Positions 29,629 to 39,712 are shown, counted from the stretch's first letter. The stretch: DNA of 56,230 nt from a virus (IMGVR_UViG_3300023443_000297:1-56230), one strand, 5' to 3'. The notes: generated by a model from the letters alone, not told the origin. A program made the numbers and translations.

Positions 29629-31188
29629 TTATCTTCCCTCCAATACAGCTACCCGCTCCCGCAGGTCAGCGTTTTCTTGTTTTAGTTCCTCTAGTTCATT
29701 ATCCACAGCCTTGAATCCAAGAACCATATAACCCAGGGTGTTTACCGGACTCACCATGCTTCCCTCGTGGTGCATGGCCCAGGGAGCTTCATCAGCCATC
29801 ACCCCAACGTATTCTGTTAGGAAGTCACCCGTTCCTCGCATCCCTTCTGCGTAGTTAAACCGGTACACCGGAGTATCAAGAATCTGGTCTAGCGCATCAT
29901 GTGGAATACCCCACTCACCGTGGATAATTTTGTTTTCACGCCGAGATGCTGCAGAGGCCCAAATTACTACGGCACCGGCTCCAGCAGACTCTAGTTGTTC
30001 TCCAGCAGCCCCTTCAGTTGGGGTGGCCTCAGCAAAAATAGAGCTGGTAAGCAAAAGAGGTCCATCAATCTCTGCCGCGAGATTTCTGGTGGCGGTTACT
30101 TCCGCGTCTGAAACATCAGCGGCTGCAACATAAAAAGTACTTAGTTGGGTAATGATTACGGCAGAGTCGCTGGCTACTACTGGAGCAAGGATTCTAAGTC
30201 CTAATCCGTCAATCGGGGTGGTAATGTTAACCCCACCATTAAAGTTGTGAGTCCGAGCCTGGACCCCAATCATATGAGCTGATGTGGTGGCGTCTGACGT
30301 GACTGTCATGTCTGGGGCATCGAATAGGGCTACGGTTAGATTATCTGTAGTGGTAGCCCCATCCATTCGCAATATCGCAAAGTTGCCAGCAAATAACCCC
30401 AGAATATTGGTGTTTACACGCCCCATTCCGGTGTCAGGGTCGCCCCTAAATGTGTACGCTACCGTCCCACCTATTTGAGCTAGCTGAGGCCCTTGAGATG
30501 AAAGTGATCTAAATGAGGTAGTTGTAAATTCCCAGTCATTATCTCCTGCTATAGCAATAGATAACACGTTGCCCGCACTCGAATAAATCCCATCAGTTCC
30601 AGTCCCAAATGCAAATGTCGGCGTAGCAGAATCGTTCTCCTGGGGCAGGGTCAGCTTGCTGCCAGTGACAGGAGCGATGCCGATCCCCACCTCCTGAGCG
30701 TTGTTGATGGTCATGGCAGTGGTAAGGTCATCAGCAGAAGCACCAGCAGCAGTAGAGAACACCATGTCGCCACCAATACTACTCCCAGTGGGGGAACTAT
30801 CATCTACTGTTACTTGAATCCGCGCAACAACAGTCCCAAAATTGTCCCCATCAGCCCCTACCCACTGGATATTTCCAAGAACATCGTTGTCCTCCACAAT
30901 CGCAAAATCGCCAATTGTAGTCCCTCTACTCTTACCGAAGATAAAATTGGGACCATCGGCACTGTCGCCCCATCTAGCAAAAAGCTGAGAAGAATCATTA
31001 CCTCCTGTTCCATGAATCTGAAACTCACCTGTTGTGGCACCTATAGCTGCTATCTGCGCCGTATGCCCGATGACCACCCCAAAACCATCGCCAATAAAGA
31101 CATCAGCATTGAAGGTCTGATCAGCGGTCCAGGTATTTGCACTCCCTAAGGAAACACCACCCGATATTAGTCTAATGCTGTTTTCCAT
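29629..31188 (-). CDS. Fibre/spike protein with a C-terminal S74-like intramolecular chaperone
   Basis: Gly/Thr/Asp-rich beta body; SRRENK...PVYRFNY...GVMADE...coiled coil. Confidence 0.75.
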   Translation of the reverse strand: MENSIRLISGGVSLGSANTWTADQTFNADVFIGDGFGVVIGHTAQIAAIGATTGEFQIHGTGGNDSSQLFARWGDSADGPNFIFGKSRGTTIGDFAIVEDNDVLGNIQWVGADGDNFGTVVARIQVTVDDSSPTGSSIGGDMVFSTAAGASADDLTTAMTINNAQEVGIGIAPVTGSKLTLPQENDSATPTFAFGTGTDGIYSSAGNVLSIAIAGDNDWEFTTTSFRSLSSQGPQLAQIGGTVAYTFRGDPDTGMGRVNTNILGLFAGNFAILRMDGATTTDNLTVALFDAPDMTVTSDATTSAHMIGVQARTHNFNGGVNITTPIDGLGLRILAPVVASDSAVIITQLSTFYVAAADVSDAEVTATRNLAAEIDGPLLLTSSIFAEATPTEGAAGEQLESAGAGAVVIWASAASRRENKIIHGEWGIPHDALDQILDTPVYRFNYAEGMRGTGDFLTEYVGVMADEAPWAMHHEGSMVSPVNTLGYMVLGFKAVDNELEELKQENADLRERVAVLEGR

Positions 31189-31201
31189 ACTAGCTACTAA
31201 C

Positions 31202-31528
31202 CTAAGCCTTTATTGCGTAGAAATCCACCCCATCACTGGACGCACCACCGTTGATAAAGAAACTGCTAAGTCTGACTGGAACTATACTACCGGGGCCGTA
31301 TTCTAACCCCTTTCCTGCATCAAACCCTCGTACCTGTGACGACGCAACAATTTCGCTGCTGCCTATTAGAATCTGGCTGCTATTGTCATCCATAGCCACA
31401 ATAGCTATAGACTTAATTCTCACAGAACTGCTGCTGGGTCCCGTATCTAAGGAGATAACGGTACCAGAGGTGCCAATCAGTTGATAACCGTGGATAAGCC
31501 CTGGATGTTTAGTATTGAAGGCTCCCAT
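31202..31528 (-). CDS. Small Ser-rich virion protein
   Basis: Position in the head module; repeated SS motifs. Confidence 0.6.
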   Translation of the reverse strand: MGAFNTKHPGLIHGYQLIGTSGTVISLDTGPSSSSVRIKSIAIVAMDDNSSQILIGSSEIVASSQVRGFDAGKGLEYGPGSIVPVRLSSFFINGGASSDGVDFYAIKA

Positions 31529-31822
31529 ACTAGCTAGCTCCTTCTGTTACGCCTGGGCCGGGGTTGAGCCACTCCAGTCTGATAATCTTCCTCTCCAGAC
31601 TCCCCAGACTCCCCAGACTGCATATCAGATGTCAGGTGCTCTCCTGAGTCCGATACCCCCTCCTCTAGGTCAGAGAGATTGGGGTCAGTGAATTTGCTAG
31701 GGTGCAGCCTGCGAACCAACCTAGCTACTCCATCGGGAACATCTAGAGTCTCACCAGGGTCCCATAAATATCGGCTACCGCCTGACCCGGGTTCTTGATA
31801 CCGATGGGGTGCATTACTGTAA

Positions 31823-32710
31823 TTAGTTACTAGCATCGGTTTCCTCCAAGTCCTGGTATTCCTGCCCTGTTTGGCCATTGAGGTTAAGCCCTGGTGGGTG
31901 ATACTCATCCGGATTACCGCTATTCTCTAGCGATATCTTAGGCTCTTCTAATAGGGATAATAGCAGTTCAAGAGCTTGTATCGCACCGTGAACCGCGTTT
32001 AGGCTGTTTTCGGTTTGTCTGCGTTGTGTGTAAATTCGGCTAAGACGAGTTTTGATGATTTCCTTGGTAAGGTAGGGACGCCGTGCTGCTCCATACAGTG
32101 GAGTCTCCAACATCGGGCAGCTATCAGGGAGATAGAGCTTGGTACCAGAACCCCGGATCATCCCTAACCAGAAGTTACAGGACGGTAGTTGGTGAGTGTA
32201 TTCGGTGGGGGATGACATATTGATTCCGAGAACCCTAATCTCCCCGAATCCCTCGCACAATGCCAACGCTAGCATGTAATCTATGGTGCTGCCCAACATC
32301 AGATTCTTTAGACTGTCCGGGCTGTTGAGGTCAACACTGGGGAAGAACTTGTCTCTGATAATATGGTATGGGTATTGTACCGAGCCGGGAATATCATCCC
32401 AGTGCTGAAGCATGTAGATCGTACTGGGGAATGACTTCAGGAACTTTACGTGCTCCTCACCATCAGCCTCCCAAACAGAACGCTCGTGAATCTCAAACCA
32501 GCGGTTGGCGTTCTCTACAAAAGTATAGCAGTCGTTAAGCGCCCATATCTCGGTATCCGGGTCTTGTTCGTTAGCCTCCATACGGGAAGAAGGTGCAGTA
32601 CCACAGATGGCTACACGCCGGTACTGCACCTCTACCCCTGAGTCTGAATGTGATTGGTCTTGTTGTTGTTTGTCCTGTTGATCTGTGATTGGCTTAGGGA
32701 CACTAATCAT
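31823..32710 (-). CDS. CstII(GT42)/Maf-like CMP-sugar (sialyl)transferase-fold protein
   Basis: VAICGTAPS...IWALN...STIDYMLALALCEGFGEIRVLGINM resembles CstII IIAGNGPS...SGVYMCAVAIALGYKEIYLSGIDF (comparison from memory). Confidence 0.65.
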   Translation of the reverse strand: MISVPKPITDQQDKQQQDQSHSDSGVEVQYRRVAICGTAPSSRMEANEQDPDTEIWALNDCYTFVENANRWFEIHERSVWEADGEEHVKFLKSFPSTIYMLQHWDDIPGSVQYPYHIIRDKFFPSVDLNSPDSLKNLMLGSTIDYMLALALCEGFGEIRVLGINMSSPTEYTHQLPSCNFWLGMIRGSGTKLYLPDSCPMLETPLYGAARRPYLTKEIIKTRLSRIYTQRRQTENSLNAVHGAIQALELLLSLLEEPKISLENSGNPDEYHPPGLNLNGQTGQEYQDLEETDASN

Positions 32711-32752
32711 GGTGTCTTTTCTCCTTTGCTTTGGTTAGTTTGGTTCGTTAGG

Positions 32753-33292
32753 CTAAGAACTATGGAAGGGAACCACCTCAATCAGAGCGTACCCTGCAAG
32801 GGATGATCCAGTACCTAATATCAGCTTTCCAGTAAGCCAGGCATCGGAAGAGTTACCGTTCTTTTCCCAGACAGACACACCGCCAGCACTGAGGTGAAGA
32901 CCGGATGATCCTGATCCACCTACCGGAGTGTATCCAACAGGCAGATGGAATGCCCCAATAGTCCCGGGAGGACCGGCAGCGGCACCGTTGAAGATATCGG
33001 ATGCAGACTTGGACGAGGAAGCCACTATCCCTATATCTATGGAGCATGATGTTTGACCCGGCGTTTGGACTACCAAGCTAACCTGTCTAATGATTAGTGG
33101 GTAGCTCTCCGGGTTTTGCACAGCTAGGACTATTCCGCTTGATGTTCCCGTAGCAAGGGGAGCCATAATAGTCCTCGGGGTAATATAGTTAGCCCCGCCG
33201 GATGAGGACTTAGAGGCATCACTCAGGGTCTTCCCTGCCAGGCCTTGAGCTAGCTCTGCTATTGGTACACTCTGGTTCTTGATTCTAGGCAT
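32753..33292 (-). CDS. Capsid decoration/cement-like protein, very Ser/Gly-rich
   Basis: Immediately downstream of the major capsid gene. Confidence 0.6.
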   Translation of the reverse strand: MPRIKNQSVPIAELAQGLAGKTLSDASKSSSGGANYITPRTIMAPLATGTSSGIVLAVQNPESYPLIIRQVSLVVQTPGQTSCSIDIGIVASSSKSASDIFNGAAAGPPGTIGAFHLPVGYTPVGGSGSSGLHLSAGGVSVWEKNGNSSDAWLTGKLILGTGSSLAGYALIEVVPFHSS

Positions 33293-33361
33293 TTTCCTTA
33301 ACTCCCTCCTTTAGTATTTTGGTTCATTAGGAGCGTTTGGCTCAGTGTTATCAGTGTTAGC

Positions 33362-34738
33362 TTAATTGACTCCGGTGATGTTGGACCGCTGAGCTACAGC
33401 ATTATCAGAGGTGTTGTCATTACGTCCCTCAAAGGCCATCCGGAAGCTCACCACCATGATGGTCTGGCGTTTCTCAATGGACCGGTCAACCTCTATCAGC
33501 AACTCGCGGCGGGTGCCGACCCAGTATTGGGTGCGGTTGACTATGATGAATCTGCCAGTATCGGTGCCGTTGCCCCCGCTGGAAACCTTGCCATCAGTGT
33601 CAGCTAGGAGCATTTGCTCGGACACGATCACGGGGATACCTTCAACCGCCCCTAGCTGACCTGTCATGATGGTGGCTTGTGGACCGAACTTGTCTAGAGT
33701 CCGGAACTCAGATAGGGATTGAGCCCGAATGTAGGTATTCAAGTCCATCACAATAGCCATTTCAGACGGACGAACACCATACTTGTCCAGCTTAGACCGC
33801 ACCTCATTGTACATGTCATTGGTTACGGCAGAGCTGGTAGTAACATGTTGGCTGGTGTTACTTACCACTGGTATTTTAATGAGACCATCAAAGGACAGGA
33901 AGTGATCTAGACCAGCAGCGCCTGATAGAGCACCGGATGCAGCGCCGTCCGCATTGATGTTTATACCAGCATCAGAGGTGTCACCATTGAGGATCATATC
34001 GTCCATGACCTCAGCAGCGTTCCTGACTAGGGTAGCCCTGATCTCGGGAAGCATGGCTATTACGGCATCCTCATCTAGGTCATAAGCCCAGGCTACCACT
34101 GACACCAATTCCTGAGCACTCAGGGTGCGCCTATTGGTCGCGGGATCAGACGAGGTAGCTGCTACATTGGCCACCCCACGGTACCAGTTCACATTTCCTA
34201 ATTGAAGAGGAATATTGAACGGATTAGTGGGCATACTGACTGACCGGAACATGCTCTTAACTGAAGTAGCCAAGTGGATATCATTCCACATTTCTGGAAG
34301 ATCAGCGGTGGGTACCAGTTCATCACCGCTGCCAACGGTTGTGGAATCCAGAGCACGTTTCACTGTCTTGATGTTCTCTTCCCACTCCGGTAGAGCACTG
34401 ATCTGCTCCTGAGTTAGGCGTCCGGTACCAACGTCCTTCCTCATAGACCAATAGAAGGCGTTGATTATCTTCACGTCCACTTCATCAACGTATCTGGTCT
34501 CACCACCGCTGGCCCTATACGTGACCATCGGAGTAGTTGCGTCATAGACTCTGAGCAAGGCCAGCCGGTCAATCTCGGCTTTGGTCTTGAGTAGCTCACT
34601 GACGGAATCTACTAGCCGCGCAGTCTCCTCTGTTATCAGGCCAACAGCTTGAGCTAGGGGGTCATATTTCTCCTTGATGAATTGGTTGATCTCGGATATA
34701 TCCTGGGTAAATTGGTCGATAGTAGTCGGTTCTGGCAT
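33362..34738 (-). CDS. Major capsid protein (HK97 fold)
   Basis: GDELVP, LDEDA, ILNGD, GQLGAVEGIPVIVSE; position after the protease. Confidence 0.9.
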   Translation of the reverse strand: MPEPTTIDQFTQDISEINQFIKEKYDPLAQAVGLITEETARLVDSVSELLKTKAEIDRLALLRVYDATTPMVTYRASGGETRYVDEVDVKIINAFYWSMRKDVGTGRLTQEQISALPEWEENIKTVKRALDSTTVGSGDELVPTADLPEMWNDIHLATSVKSMFRSVSMPTNPFNIPLQLGNVNWYRGVANVAATSSDPATNRRTLSAQELVSVVAWAYDLDEDAVIAMLPEIRATLVRNAAEVMDDMILNGDTSDAGININADGAASGALSGAAGLDHFLSFDGLIKIPVVSNTSQHVTTSSAVTNDMYNEVRSKLDKYGVRPSEMAIVMDLNTYIRAQSLSEFRTLDKFGPQATIMTGQLGAVEGIPVIVSEQMLLADTDGKVSSGGNGTDTGRFIIVNRTQYWVGTRRELLIEVDRSIEKRQTIMVVSFRMAFEGRNDNTSDNAVAQRSNITGVN

Positions 34739-34743
34739 CGTCG

Positions 34744-35559
34744 TTAACCCTCCTTTACTCTAGCCATAATTTCGCTTATTTGGTTGATTGCGTCAGCAGA
34801 CATACCGGGTTCAGGATCTGATCTGGTTTGTCTGGTTGATGTAGCAGTCCTGAGTTTTGTTATGCCCTCGTCAAGCGAATCTAGTCTGCTGAGTACAACC
34901 GCTATTTGGCCTCTGACTTCCTTTAGCTCCTCTCGGGACTTATCGGAATCAGCAGAGAATAGGAGGGCGTGGTCTTCTTCTGTGCCAAATGCCTTCCTTA
35001 ATGCCTTGGGATGAGCAGGTACCGGGACCGCCGATATTTCCAGTAGTTCTTGCTGAGTGAATACGATGCCGCCGTCATTTTTGTCATTGGCCTTGTATTC
35101 CAGAGGCCGGAATCCCACTGATACTGCCCTCATGAACCGCTTAGCGTACTTGTTCTGGATCATGGCAGCGAAGGGGTCGTCCATATCCCACTTCACAGAC
35201 CCTAGGAGTTGCTTTGAGTCCTCACTGGGGCCTATACCAATCTGGGTAACGCGGCCTACCGCAGGCTGTCGGCTATTGTGAGCGAAGAGGAATACAGGGT
35301 TGCGTTTGAAGTTGGTTAGCCTCCACCCCTTGGCCTCTATTATGTCTCCGAATCGGTCTTCGGATTCCTCAGAGGCAACGAAATCCATTACCTCATCCCC
35401 CTCAGCCCTCATTTGGTAATCACCAAACCCAGCAGCCTTGTAAATGACAGGGGCATCCTCAGTTCCGCTGCGGAAGGATTCCAGGTCCTCTAGCTCTTGA
35501 TACCGGGCTGCTTCCTCTTCGTTTGCCAGCACCAGCATTGGATGTAAGGGTTGGCTCAT
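34744..35559 (-). CDS. HK97-family prohead protease
   Basis: DRFGDII, NPVFLFAHN, AVSVGF, LLEISAVPVPAHP; AGGAG RBS before 35559. Confidence 0.9.
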   Translation of the reverse strand: MSQPLHPMLVLANEEEAARYQELEDLESFRSGTEDAPVIYKAAGFGDYQMRAEGDEVMDFVASEESEDRFGDIIEAKGWRLTNFKRNPVFLFAHNSRQPAVGRVTQIGIGPSEDSKQLLGSVKWDMDDPFAAMIQNKYAKRFMRAVSVGFRPLEYKANDKNDGGIVFTQQELLEISAVPVPAHPKALRKAFGTEEDHALLFSADSDKSREELKEVRGQIAVVLSRLDSLDEGITKLRTATSTRQTRSDPEPGMSADAINQISEIMARVKEG

Positions 35560-35761
35560 AGTCACTCCTAGCTTAGGCTGCTTATGGTAGGTGGTGTCGG
35601 TGGTGTCCAGAACAGCAAAAGCCCCCACTAAAGCAGAGTGGAGGCTTACTGAGTGGAGGTTGTGGTTCCGGCCTCTTGGCAACAGACAGTATTTAGTGTT
35701 CATTGTACTGCATATACGGCTAATAAGGTCAAGCATTGATTAGGGGACAAACCTGTGAGCC

Positions 35762-35953
35762 CTAATTGCTACTCCCCTTCATTCGGTCCTCCATAGCCTT
35801 AACGTATTCTGGGTCCTTACTACTGATGAGCTTGTGTATGGTGAGGTTGTGAGTTCTGCCATGCACCCGGGCCTTGATTTCTATCCTGTTACCCAGGTCC
35901 ATAGCCATGATCTGACCACACCCACAATCACAGTAGAGGGCCTTACCTTCCAT
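35762..35953 (-). CDS. Mu Com-like zinc-ribbon protein
   Basis: YCDCGCGQIMA...IEIK; position between portal/gpF and protease. Confidence 0.5.
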   Translation of the reverse strand: MEGKALYCDCGCGQIMAMDLGNRIEIKARVHGRTHNLTIHKLISSKDPEYVKAMEDRMKGSSN

Positions 35954-38154
35954 TATTCCTCTTCTATACTAAATACTGGGGTAGTGGTGCAGCGGCAGTT
36001 GACCACCTCACTAGCAGGGCCATCGCCTGGCATTATCATCTCATGACCCCCCACCAAGAACGATTGGTCTCGCTCCACAGTTTGGCCATGAGCATCGGAA
36101 TGGGTACCCCGCGTCCTGTCATCAATGGAGGCCAGCCAACGCTTGCGAGGTATATCAGCTTGGCGATACGCCTCCAAGTTACCGTGATTAGAGGATGCAG
36201 AGGCCTCAGTTCTGGCTACCCTCTCAGAACGGAATTCCTCACTGAAATTGAATACCTTGTTGACGCGATCTTGGAGTTTCTTTATACTCTCCCCCTCTGA
36301 TATGCCAACCTGAATTTCTTCGGTGATGAGTTTAGCAGTTTCGGCATTGACACGCTCAGTCCAGAACTTGGCCCGTTCATCAATCCAGGCCTGAGCCTCC
36401 GCACTGAGGTGGAAATCACGGGTATCCAGGTTAGCTTTAGGGGTGAGGCCAAACTCCTCTATCTGGGCCTCAGCAGACCTTTCTAGTGATGCAGTGATAA
36501 GTGGGGTACCAGCTTCTATGAATCGCTCCCACCATTCGATAGGCTCGAATATTCCCCCCGGACCGTCACGAGATGGTGTCAGATTAAGGAGAGTATCCTC
36601 ACGCTGTTCTTGGAATAGAGAGTTCATTAGTTCATGAAAGTCCTCAGTACTTTTGTCAAATCGCTTGATGAAGGATCCCCACACCTCTCTATCTAGGTCA
36701 GTTATGTCTGTGCTTGAGGACTTACCTTTGCCAAGCACCCTGATGATCTGGCCAGAAATAGTTGGAACAGCAGGAACAAAGGAGGCTGTAGGGATAGGGG
36801 TTGGGGGTACTAGTTCATTACCAGTCAGGGTAACCACCTGGACACCTACCGGTATGTAAAGGACATTACCTTGGGGTATCGGAGCCATACCAGTTGACTC
36901 ACGGTACTCATTTAACGTCCTAGTACCGGAAGCAACCTCTTTTAGGTGACGCTCACTGCGACGGTCAATGTTCTCCTGTAGTGCTGGTACCTCATCCCGA
37001 TCAAAGGCCAACAGCACATTCCGAAGCCTGCCAGGGAGTTGAGGGACGAACTTCTCCTGTTGTCCGGATTCGAGTAACACCCATTCCTGCTCTACGGTGG
37101 ACTCATAGAACTCTTTACGGGCTTCCTCTCGGTTGCTGAATGTCGCATGCCTGGCACCGGGTATTAGCTCTTCTGGTACTCCATAGGTCGCCAGGATATA
37201 TTCTTTGGACAGTTGCAGGCCCTCAAGAAACTCCATTTCTTTGTTGCTAAAGCCCATGTTCTTAACATCACCCTGTCCCATATCCGAGACTATAGGCTTG
37301 TTGGAGTTGCCCGGACCAGCATGCCTTTCAGCCAGTCTCTCATAGAAAGTCTCAACTTGTATCGGAGATAGTGGCCCCTTCATCAAAAAGGCTAGGTTGC
37401 TAGTGAGGAGTCCGTTGCGAAATAGGTCACGGTTGGTGCTAAGCATGGAGGCTTGCATATCGATTACCAATCTAGTAGGAGCTATCGGACTGAGACCTGA
37501 GAACTCATCCAATGGGTTGAAGTACCTATCCCAGACCACATCCTCACGCAACATGGGGAACTTAGCACCGCCAGGATCGTAAATGAAACCCTTTATGTAT
37601 TGGTTCTGTGGACCAGGGGAAGATTTATCCACTACAATAGCTACACGATCAGGCCTGAGCACCCAGATTTCCCACGAACTTGGGTCAGATGTAGGCTTGT
37701 TAATCCACCTAAAGCAGCTGCCCCAGAGTGATAGATAAGTTTCAACCGCCCTCCACATATCGACTCGGGACCAGAACGGGTTAACGTGGTCGAGTAGCTT
37801 CTGGACCACGTGGTTCTCGCCGACCCACACCCTCTCACCCCTGTTATTGAGAACCCACGCCTTTAGTCTAGCACTGGCTACTGCATCTGCCCTGAGCTTG
37901 ACAGCACGGTAAACATGGGTAGTGGTAGCATAGTACTCACCAAACTTAGTGTTAGCCCAACTGATACCCTGCTGATCGGATCCCCCAGACCTTTTCAGGT
38001 AAGCGGCTAGGGGTTCATTTGCCTTTTCAAGGTAGGTGATAAGACTACGGAAATCCTGGTCCATTGCTGTACGGACTAGGGCGTCGGATTCAGGAGATCT
38101 CCATAGGCCGGGTATTCGCTTAGTTAGGGGATATAGAATATCTTTTATAGCCAC
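35953..38154 (-). CDS. Portal protein fused to a Mu gpF-like head morphogenesis domain
   Basis: Portal motifs LRPDRV, GLSPI, YGVP, TLNEYR; C-terminal RVARTE, KRWLASIDDRTR..H, NCRC. Confidence 0.9.
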   Translation of the reverse strand: MAIKDILYPLTKRIPGLWRSPESDALVRTAMDQDFRSLITYLEKANEPLAAYLKRSGGSDQQGISWANTKFGEYYATTTHVYRAVKLRADAVASARLKAWVLNNRGERVWVGENHVVQKLLDHVNPFWSRVDMWRAVETYLSLWGSCFRWINKPTSDPSSWEIWVLRPDRVAIVVDKSSPGPQNQYIKGFIYDPGGAKFPMLREDVVWDRYFNPLDEFSGLSPIAPTRLVIDMQASMLSTNRDLFRNGLLTSNLAFLMKGPLSPIQVETFYERLAERHAGPGNSNKPIVSDMGQGDVKNMGFSNKEMEFLEGLQLSKEYILATYGVPEELIPGARHATFSNREEARKEFYESTVEQEWVLLESGQQEKFVPQLPGRLRNVLLAFDRDEVPALQENIDRRSERHLKEVASGTRTLNEYRESTGMAPIPQGNVLYIPVGVQVVTLTGNELVPPTPIPTASFVPAVPTISGQIIRVLGKGKSSSTDITDLDREVWGSFIKRFDKSTEDFHELMNSLFQEQREDTLLNLTPSRDGPGGIFEPIEWWERFIEAGTPLITASLERSAEAQIEEFGLTPKANLDTRDFHLSAEAQAWIDERAKFWTERVNAETAKLITEEIQVGISEGESIKKLQDRVNKVFNFSEEFRSERVARTEASASSNHGNLEAYRQADIPRKRWLASIDDRTRGTHSDAHGQTVERDQSFLVGGHEMIMPGDGPASEVVNCRCTTTPVFSIEEE

Positions 38155-38208
38155 GGCGCTTACTTCCTGCTTACTTTATTGATTAGTTAATTCACCCCAG
38201 GGTGTAGG

Positions 38209-38685
38209 TTAAAGGTCCTTCCTACAAACCTTATATTGTACATCCACATTACTAAAGAAGTTACCAAAGAACGGTAGACTAATAAATCCCATCCCTCTAA
38301 ATAAAGCTACGGATGGCGCATTATCTATGTGAACCTTGGCATAACAGCTCTCTTGGCCTCTGTCTTTCATTACGCTAAGCAAGAGTTGACAGGCTATGGT
38401 TGCAATTCCTTTGCTCCTTAGTTCAGGCTCAGCGATGTGAATTGATATCCACCAACGACTGATATCGTGTCTGATACCGACAGTGCCTACTCTGTGGTTG
38501 CCATACCAGATCATGTATTCTTTGTGGTTAGGACTATTGAACCACTTCACATGTGTTTCCCAGGAAGACGGCTTGACACCTTCAGTCTCAGATAGCAGAT
38601 GCCGCCATGAGAATAGTAATTCCAGATCATCCCCGGTTGCAGGAGTGATGGCTACCTGGTCTACTTGAACTCTAGTAGTTACCAT
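38209..38685 (-). CDS. GNAT N-acetyltransferase (PseH-like)
   Basis: LFSWR..ETHVKWF; RSKGIAT; DNAPSVALFRGMGF. Confidence 0.8.
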   Translation of the reverse strand: MVTTRVQVDQVAITPATGDDLELLFSWRHLLSETEGVKPSSWETHVKWFNSPNHKEYMIWYGNHRVGTVGIRHDISRWWISIHIAEPELRSKGIATIACQLLLSVMKDRGQESCYAKVHIDNAPSVALFRGMGFISLPFFGNFFSNVDVQYKVCRKDL

Positions 38686-38697
38686 TTCTACCCTGTG

Positions 38698-38862
38698 CTA
38701 GCAACATAGTAAACCGTGTGTTGGGGTGTGACCGTGTATAAGCTTATGCCACCAACCTTCAACATAGAACCTGGTGCAAATGTCGCAATAATGCCCCCCA
38801 AGTAAACGAGACTGAGCGGGGGGTGGCATACCTAGTCTTGGTATTTTCTGGCTATGCTTCAC
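38698..38862 (-). CDS. Small Cys/His protein (54 aa), paralog of 42744..42980
   Basis: Read by eye: CDICTRFYVEGWWHKLIHGHTPTHG; GTGA overlap with the upstream stop. Confidence 0.55.
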   Translation of the reverse strand: MKHSQKIPRLGMPPPAQSRLLGGHYCDICTRFYVEGWWHKLIHGHTPTHGLLCC

Positions 38863-39536
38863 GGTAACACTCTCCTACAACCCGCTAGACCTACTCTCAG
38901 ACTGCTGGCTAGTCTTCTTACCAGGTGCAGGTCTTCAGGGTAATCTACATCTACCCCGCGATATCTGGGAACAACATAAGGCCTGAGGTTGTTTACATAT
39001 ACTGTTGATAACCCCGCGAACTGGTTGGGTGGAAAGGTATACAAGGCCCCAGCGTCAATATAGAACCCTGGTTTATCGTCGGCACCATCATAGTATTGGA
39101 ACGGACGCTGTAGTACCTCACCATCCTTGAATTTAACTATTTCACTAACACGGTAGGGAAGCTCAGTCACTATCATCACCGGGTCTTGTTCAACTGTGGA
39201 TAGGCGTAGTGCTCCAATGATATCACTGGGCTGAATTAGAGCAGCAGTAGCCAGTATGATAGTGATACGATCTGTGTAGATGCCACCTAATATATCGTGC
39301 GTGGTTTGAACCACAGTGGAGGGGGATTGAGGTGCTATCTGGACTGGGTATACAGAAACAGTATCCCTGACATCCTGGCTGTCGGTACTGATCGCTATAG
39401 AGTCAAATTTGTTGCTGGCTATAGCGGCTTCAATAACCCAGCACACAGACGGCCTGCCGTTAATCAAGGCCATGTTCTTACCAGGGCATCTGGTAGATTC
39501 GGCTTTACAGGGTATATGTAGGATGCTATGGACCAT
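38859..39536 (-). CDS. Acylneuraminate cytidylyltransferase (NeuA/PseF-like)
   Basis: IPCKAESTRCPGKN, ISTDS, DAGALY, VDVDYPEDL. Confidence 0.88.
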   Translation of the reverse strand: MVHSILHIPCKAESTRCPGKNMALINGRPSVCWVIEAAIASNKFDSIAISTDSQDVRDTVSVYPVQIAPQSPSTVVQTTHDILGGIYTDRITIILATAALIQPSDIIGALRLSTVEQDPVMIVTELPYRVSEIVKFKDGEVLQRPFQYYDGADDKPGFYIDAGALYTFPPNQFAGLSTVYVNNLRPYVVPRYRGVDVDYPEDLHLVRRLASSLRVGLAGCRRVLP

Positions 39537-39712
39537 CTTCTTACTCTAACTATCTGACAAGAGTCTCTTTTTTAGTTCGCCTCTTATACTCTGGCCCACG
39601 GTCGTGATGGAGTCGGTACTTACGTTGGTACCCGGCTAATCTAGTACGGTGTTCGCCCTCAGTCTCTATCAGCCTATCTACCCGATGCCAACTCCTGCCT
39701 ATAGTACCCACT

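Noticed and set aside
35560-35736. Long N-terminal extensions in the ORF track (protease, terS 50849, NeuB 45155, HTH 18406)
   Set aside because: The extensions run through promoters or upstream genes; downstream ATGs have better RBS or coupling
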